Assembly (NCBI RefSeq): GCF_963921235.1
Contig: NC_086097.1
Location: 79,734,001-79,798,000 of the forward strand
Source: Mobula hypostoma
Lineage: Eukaryota
Length of the DNA: 64,000 nt
Reading direction: 5' to 3'
The position numbers and the translations under genes were made by a program. The notes beneath the pieces were generated by a model that was not told where the DNA came from, made no database searches, and worked only from the letters and a program-made list of their open reading frames with translations. Shown here piece after piece: positions 59,630 through 64,000 of the stretch (position 1 is its first letter; each line of letters opens with the position of its first letter).

Positions 59630-62600
59630 AAGACTGAGGACTGCAGCATCAGTGGTGAGGACCACAATGGTATGGTCTAAGGAAACAGAGTAAAGCTTAC
59701 AGGACGGCTTTGAATCAGTGGACAGAACCATATTCAAGGATTCTATTTTGGATCTGAGTGACTTCAACAAAACCTGCAGAAAGGCACACATTCATCCATG
59801 CAGGCCAAAGTTGTCATTGACTTCAACAAGACCTGCATGGATGAATGTGTGCCTTTGAGAAATTACTGAATATACTGTATCTAAATCGGAAACTCTGGAT
59901 GAACCAGGAGTTTTGCAGTCTGCTGAGGGCTAGATCTGTAGTGTTCAAGACTTGGCAGTCCAGAACCCAGGAATGAGCTACAGAAGGAAATTGCGAGAGG
60001 AGAAAGGCAATTCTATGTGAAAGCAAAGACAAGATCAGATGCATAACAGTTGTGGCTGGTTTGTATGCATTATTTCCTATAAGGCAAAACCTAATAGCAA
60101 AACTGACAGTGATACCTCACTCACCAATGAGCTCAATGACTTTTATGAACACTTTGAAAGGGAGAATAACACTATACCTGTGCGAATCCCCACAGCATCT
60201 GCCAACCCTGTGATCTCTGTCAGGGAGGCGGACGTAAGAGCATCCCTCTTCAAGAGGGTGAGCTTTCACAAGGTATCAGGCCCCAACTGTGTACCTGGAA
60301 GGGTCCTGAAGACCTCTGCCAACCAACTGCCATCTTTCAACTGCCAACCAGGGCATCTTCAACCTCTCACTGCTGTTATTGGAGGTTCCCACCTGCTTCA
60401 AAAGGGCATCAATCGTACCAATGCCCAAGAAGAGCAGGTGAACTGCCTCAACAACGATTGCCTGGTAGCACTCACATCTACAGCAATGAAGTGTTTTAGA
60501 GAGAATGGTCATGACGAGAATTAATCCCTGCTTGAGCAATTAGACACATTGGAATTGGCCTACTGCCACAACAGTCTACATTGAAGACAATCTCACTGGC
60601 TCTCCTCAGCTTTGGAGCATCTGGACAACAGCAATACATACATCAGGCTGCTGTTTATTGATTACACCTCAATGTTGAACACCATCATCCCTCAACTACC
60701 AATTAGTAAGCTTTGAAACCTGGGCTTCTGTAACTTCCTCTGCAATTGGATCTTGACTTCCTCATCAGGAGACCAGTCAGTACAGATTGGTAATACTATC
60801 ACTTTGCTGTCCATCACACAGGCACACCTCAAGGATGTGTGCTTAGCCCACTGCTCTACTCTCTGTACACTCATGACTGTGTAGCTAGGCATTGCTCAAA
60901 TTACTCCTATAAATTTGTGCATAACACCACTGTTGTTTGCAGTAACTCAGATGGCGTGAGGAGATGTACAAGAAGAAGACAGATCAGCTGGTTGATTAGT
61001 GTCACAACAACAGCCTTGCAATCAAAAACAAGAGAAAATTTATAGATGTTGGTAATCCAAGCAACACACACAAAATGCTGGACGATCTCAGCAGCCCAAA
61101 CAGCATCTATGGAAAAGACTATAATTGGCATTTTGAGCTGAGATCCTTCAGTAGGACTGGAGAAAATAAGGTGGAGTGAAGTTGGAATTGGACAGAGGAG
61201 TGGTGAAATCGATATGGTTAATGTTCTGTCGGCAGCTGGCAATGAAAAGATCGATAGAAGGCAGAAGACCAGAGTGGAGTGTCCAGGAAAAGGAGGAGGA
61301 TTGAAGATGGGAGAAGGGGTCATCCGTGTGGAGTGGAGAGTCCTTGCCAAAGAATTAGGCATGGAGACAGAGGCAGTGAAAGAAGAGCTCAGTTTCATGG
61401 CAGGCATGGTATTTATTGAGATATGGGCGCAGGGGGACAAACGTGAGGCCCTGACTGAGGATGGAATGTTCTGCTCAGAGAGGAGAAGGTTGGAGGGGAT
61501 GGTGAAGACTCAGCATGGATGAGAGCTGGGATCAGATGGGGGAAGGGGGTTAACAATATTAGAGGAGAGGGAAGGGCTGGGGTGTTCAGGTAAGGTGGGG
61601 TGAGAGAAAGATGGAGTCTCCAAGGACCCAAGAGCTGGTGTTGGGACTTGAGAGACATGGGATTGCAGAGTGATGGTGGGGAAAGGGAGAGAGGAGTTCC
61701 AGTGGCAGCACATAAAAACCCAGCCTTGAGGTGCTGTCAGTCAAGGCTGGAGTTGGACTGGAAGTTTACGTAATCTGCACTTTAAAGGTGTCCAAGGTTA
61801 TTGGAACTCACATTGATAGCGGTAGATTCTGGGTTCTGAATCTTTTTGGGATCACTACAACCGTTGAGATCGGCAGCAGGGGCCGCAGTCTGGAGATGTC
61901 TGTGCCTGCTGACATGGGAGATATCAGGTTCTGTGGTCTGTAGACAGGCGATCTTCTGATCCTTGAGGATGTGAAAAAGTCAAAGAACCGACGATTGAAA
62001 GCATAGATCATGCAGAGGATAAAATAGTGGACAGGTCCATTGTAGGCAGCGGAGAGAGAATCTCGGAGTTGGGGAAGTTGACTGGGAAAGGAACACCAGG
62101 TACCTCCTCATGGAGGAAAGTAGAAAGCCGTGGGAGAATGTGATTACCTGGGGTCCTCAGAGGGTCTGAATCGAAAAAGTTTGAAAATGGATCTGGAAGC
62201 CAGGTGATACAAGCTGGCGGCGAAGACATGTTTCCAGGAAGCATAGTTGGCTATGGCAGCGGTCTGGGTGAGCACATGGTTGAAGAGTTGGGGGGCAGCA
62301 GAGATCACAGAGGAGGATCAGTGAGAGAGGGTTTCACTGAACTCCTGCCTGGCCTGCTGAGTTCTTCCAGCATTTTATGTGTGTAGCTTTGCAATCAATA
62401 TCAGTAAGACCAAAGAATTGATTGCAGATTCTAGGAAGAGGAAGTTGAAAGAACAAACACCAGTCTTCATTGAGGTGTTAGCTGCAGAAAGGGTGAGCAG
62501 TTTCAAATTCCTTGGCATCATCATCTCATAGGATCTATCATGGGCCTAACACTTTGATGCAATCACAAAGAAAGCACAACAATGGCTTTACTTTGTAAGG

Positions 62601-62910
62601 ATTTTGTGGTGATTTGATATGTCACCAAAGACTTTAGGAAATTTCTACAGACCTATGGTGCAGAGCATTCTGATTGGTTGTATCACCAACCAGTATGGAG
62701 CCTGTAGGCCAAAACTCAATGTTTTAGGAACAGTTTCTTCCCCTTCACTATCTGATTTCTTAATGGTCCATGAATACTACCTCACTGTTCCTCTTTTAGA
62801 TGAAATATTTAGTTATATTTTTGTACTCTTAGTAACAATTATGTCTTGCACTGTACTGCAACCACAAAACGACAAACATCACATTAGTCAGTGATAATAA
62901 ACCTGATTCT
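59630..62910 (+). mobile_element. Decayed Rex1/Babar LINE interrupted by a PLE (61026-62388)
   Basis: LTNELNDFY; VALTSTAMKCF; LSPLLYSLYTHDCV; resumes after TSD at 62389. Confidence 0.8.
61026..62388 (-). mobile_element. Penelope-like element: N-terminal ORF region between inverted terminal repeats
   Basis: Terminal repeat at 61026 to about 61165 (-) and partial inverted copy 62345-62387 (+); decayed SVLSKGLTFVPL-type ORF segment; TSD TTGCAATCAA at 61016-61025 and 62389-62398. Confidence 0.75.
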
Positions 62911-62914
62911 AAAT

Positions 62915-63792
62915 CTGGTACTGCACAGAGTCTTGTCATCTTCAGAAGTTTTCGGATGACTCTGCCATAGTTGGATGCATCAGCAAGGGAGATGAGGCTG
63001 AGTACAGGGCTACGGTAGGAAACTTTGTCACATGGTGTGAGCAGAATTATCTGCAGCTTAATGTGAAAAAGACTAAGGAGCTGGTGGTAGACCTGAGGAC
63101 AGCTAAGACTCCTGTTTCCATCCAGGGGGTCAGTGTGGAGATGGTGGTGATTACAAGTACCTGGGGATACGAATTGACAATAAACTGGACTGGTCAAAGA
63201 ATACTGAGGCTGTCTACAAGAAGGGTCAGAGCCGTCTCTACTTCCTGAGGAGACTGAGGTCCTTTAACATCTGCCGGACGATGCTGAGGATGTTCTATGA
63301 GTCTGTGCTGGCCAGTGCTATCATGTTTGCTGTTGTGTGCTGGGGCAGCAGGCTGAGGGTAGCAGACACCAACAGAATCAACAAACTCATTCGTAAGGCC
63401 AGTGATATTGTGGGGATGGAACTGGACTCTCTCACGGTGGTGTCTGAAAAGAGGATGCTGTCCAAGTTGCATGCCATCTTGGACAATGTCTCCCATCCAC
63501 TACATAATGTACTGGGTGGGCACAGGAGTACATTCAGCCAGAGACTCATTCCACCGTGATGCAACACAGAGCGTCATAGGAAGTCATTCCTGCCTGTGGC
63601 CATCAAACTTTACAACTCCTCCCTTGGAGGGTCAGACACCCTGAGCCAATAGGCTGGTCCTGGACTTATTTCCTGGCATAATTTACATATTGCTATTTAA
63701 CTATTTATGGTTTTATTACTATTTATTATTTATGGTGCAACTATAACGAAAACCAATTTCCCCCGGGATCAATAAAGTATGACTATGACTGT
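62915..63792 (+). mobile_element. Rex1/Babar LINE 3' fragment, relatively young
   Basis: LQKFSDDSAIVGCI; LNVKKTKELVVD; LRMFYESVLASAIMFAVVCWG; (GACTAT)n tail. Confidence 0.85.
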
Positions 63793-64000
63793 TGCATTAA
63801 GACTTAGTTAACAGTGAACATGCCCATGTAGCTATCCGACCAGAAGGTTTTACAATTTTCAGAATGGATTGAACCTCAAATTCCGTTAAGGAAAAAGGTG
63901 GCGGTGCTTGCCTTTTAGTCATTTCTCATTGGTGCTCGGACATTGGGGTTATGTCAACTCCTTGTTCCCCTGACTTAGAACACTAATGATTAAATGTAGC

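Noticed and set aside
1..64000. CRISPR arrays, operons or other prokaryotic systems
   Set aside because: No regularly spaced repeat-spacer arrays; the content is vertebrate transposable-element DNA throughout.

Overview
Eukaryotic (vertebrate) DNA made almost entirely of nested, mostly decayed transposable elements. The repeat repertoire (esterase-ORF1 CR1 LINEs, Rex1/Babar, RTE, L1, Penelope-like elements, V-domain SINEs, Tc1, Tigger, hAT) suggests a cartilaginous fish; this is inference. I could support no intact host gene, rRNA, tRNA gene or CRISPR array. Highlights: (1) at the window start, a class I (gamma/epsilon-like) endogenous retrovirus integrase is followed within about 20 nt, on the same strand, by a long decayed reading frame. 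Its distal end resembles the N-terminal OB region of the cellular nuclease-helicase DNA2 and runs off the window without an intron, so this is a candidate host gene captured by a retrovirus. The ORF track misses it. (2) A young CsRn1-type Ty3/Gypsy element (287-bp LTRs, ATAC TSD, tRNA-Trp PBS) carries a near-perfect in-frame 3,216-bp internal tandem duplication and a dual gag-pol recoding signal (G-GGA-AAC plus hairpin, and TGATG). (3) Short palindromic Penelope-derived insertions carry minimal hammerhead ribozymes. (4) An L1 has a twin-priming 5' inversion inside a five-layer nest. Coordinates of old decayed repeats are approximate and all comparisons were made by eye.
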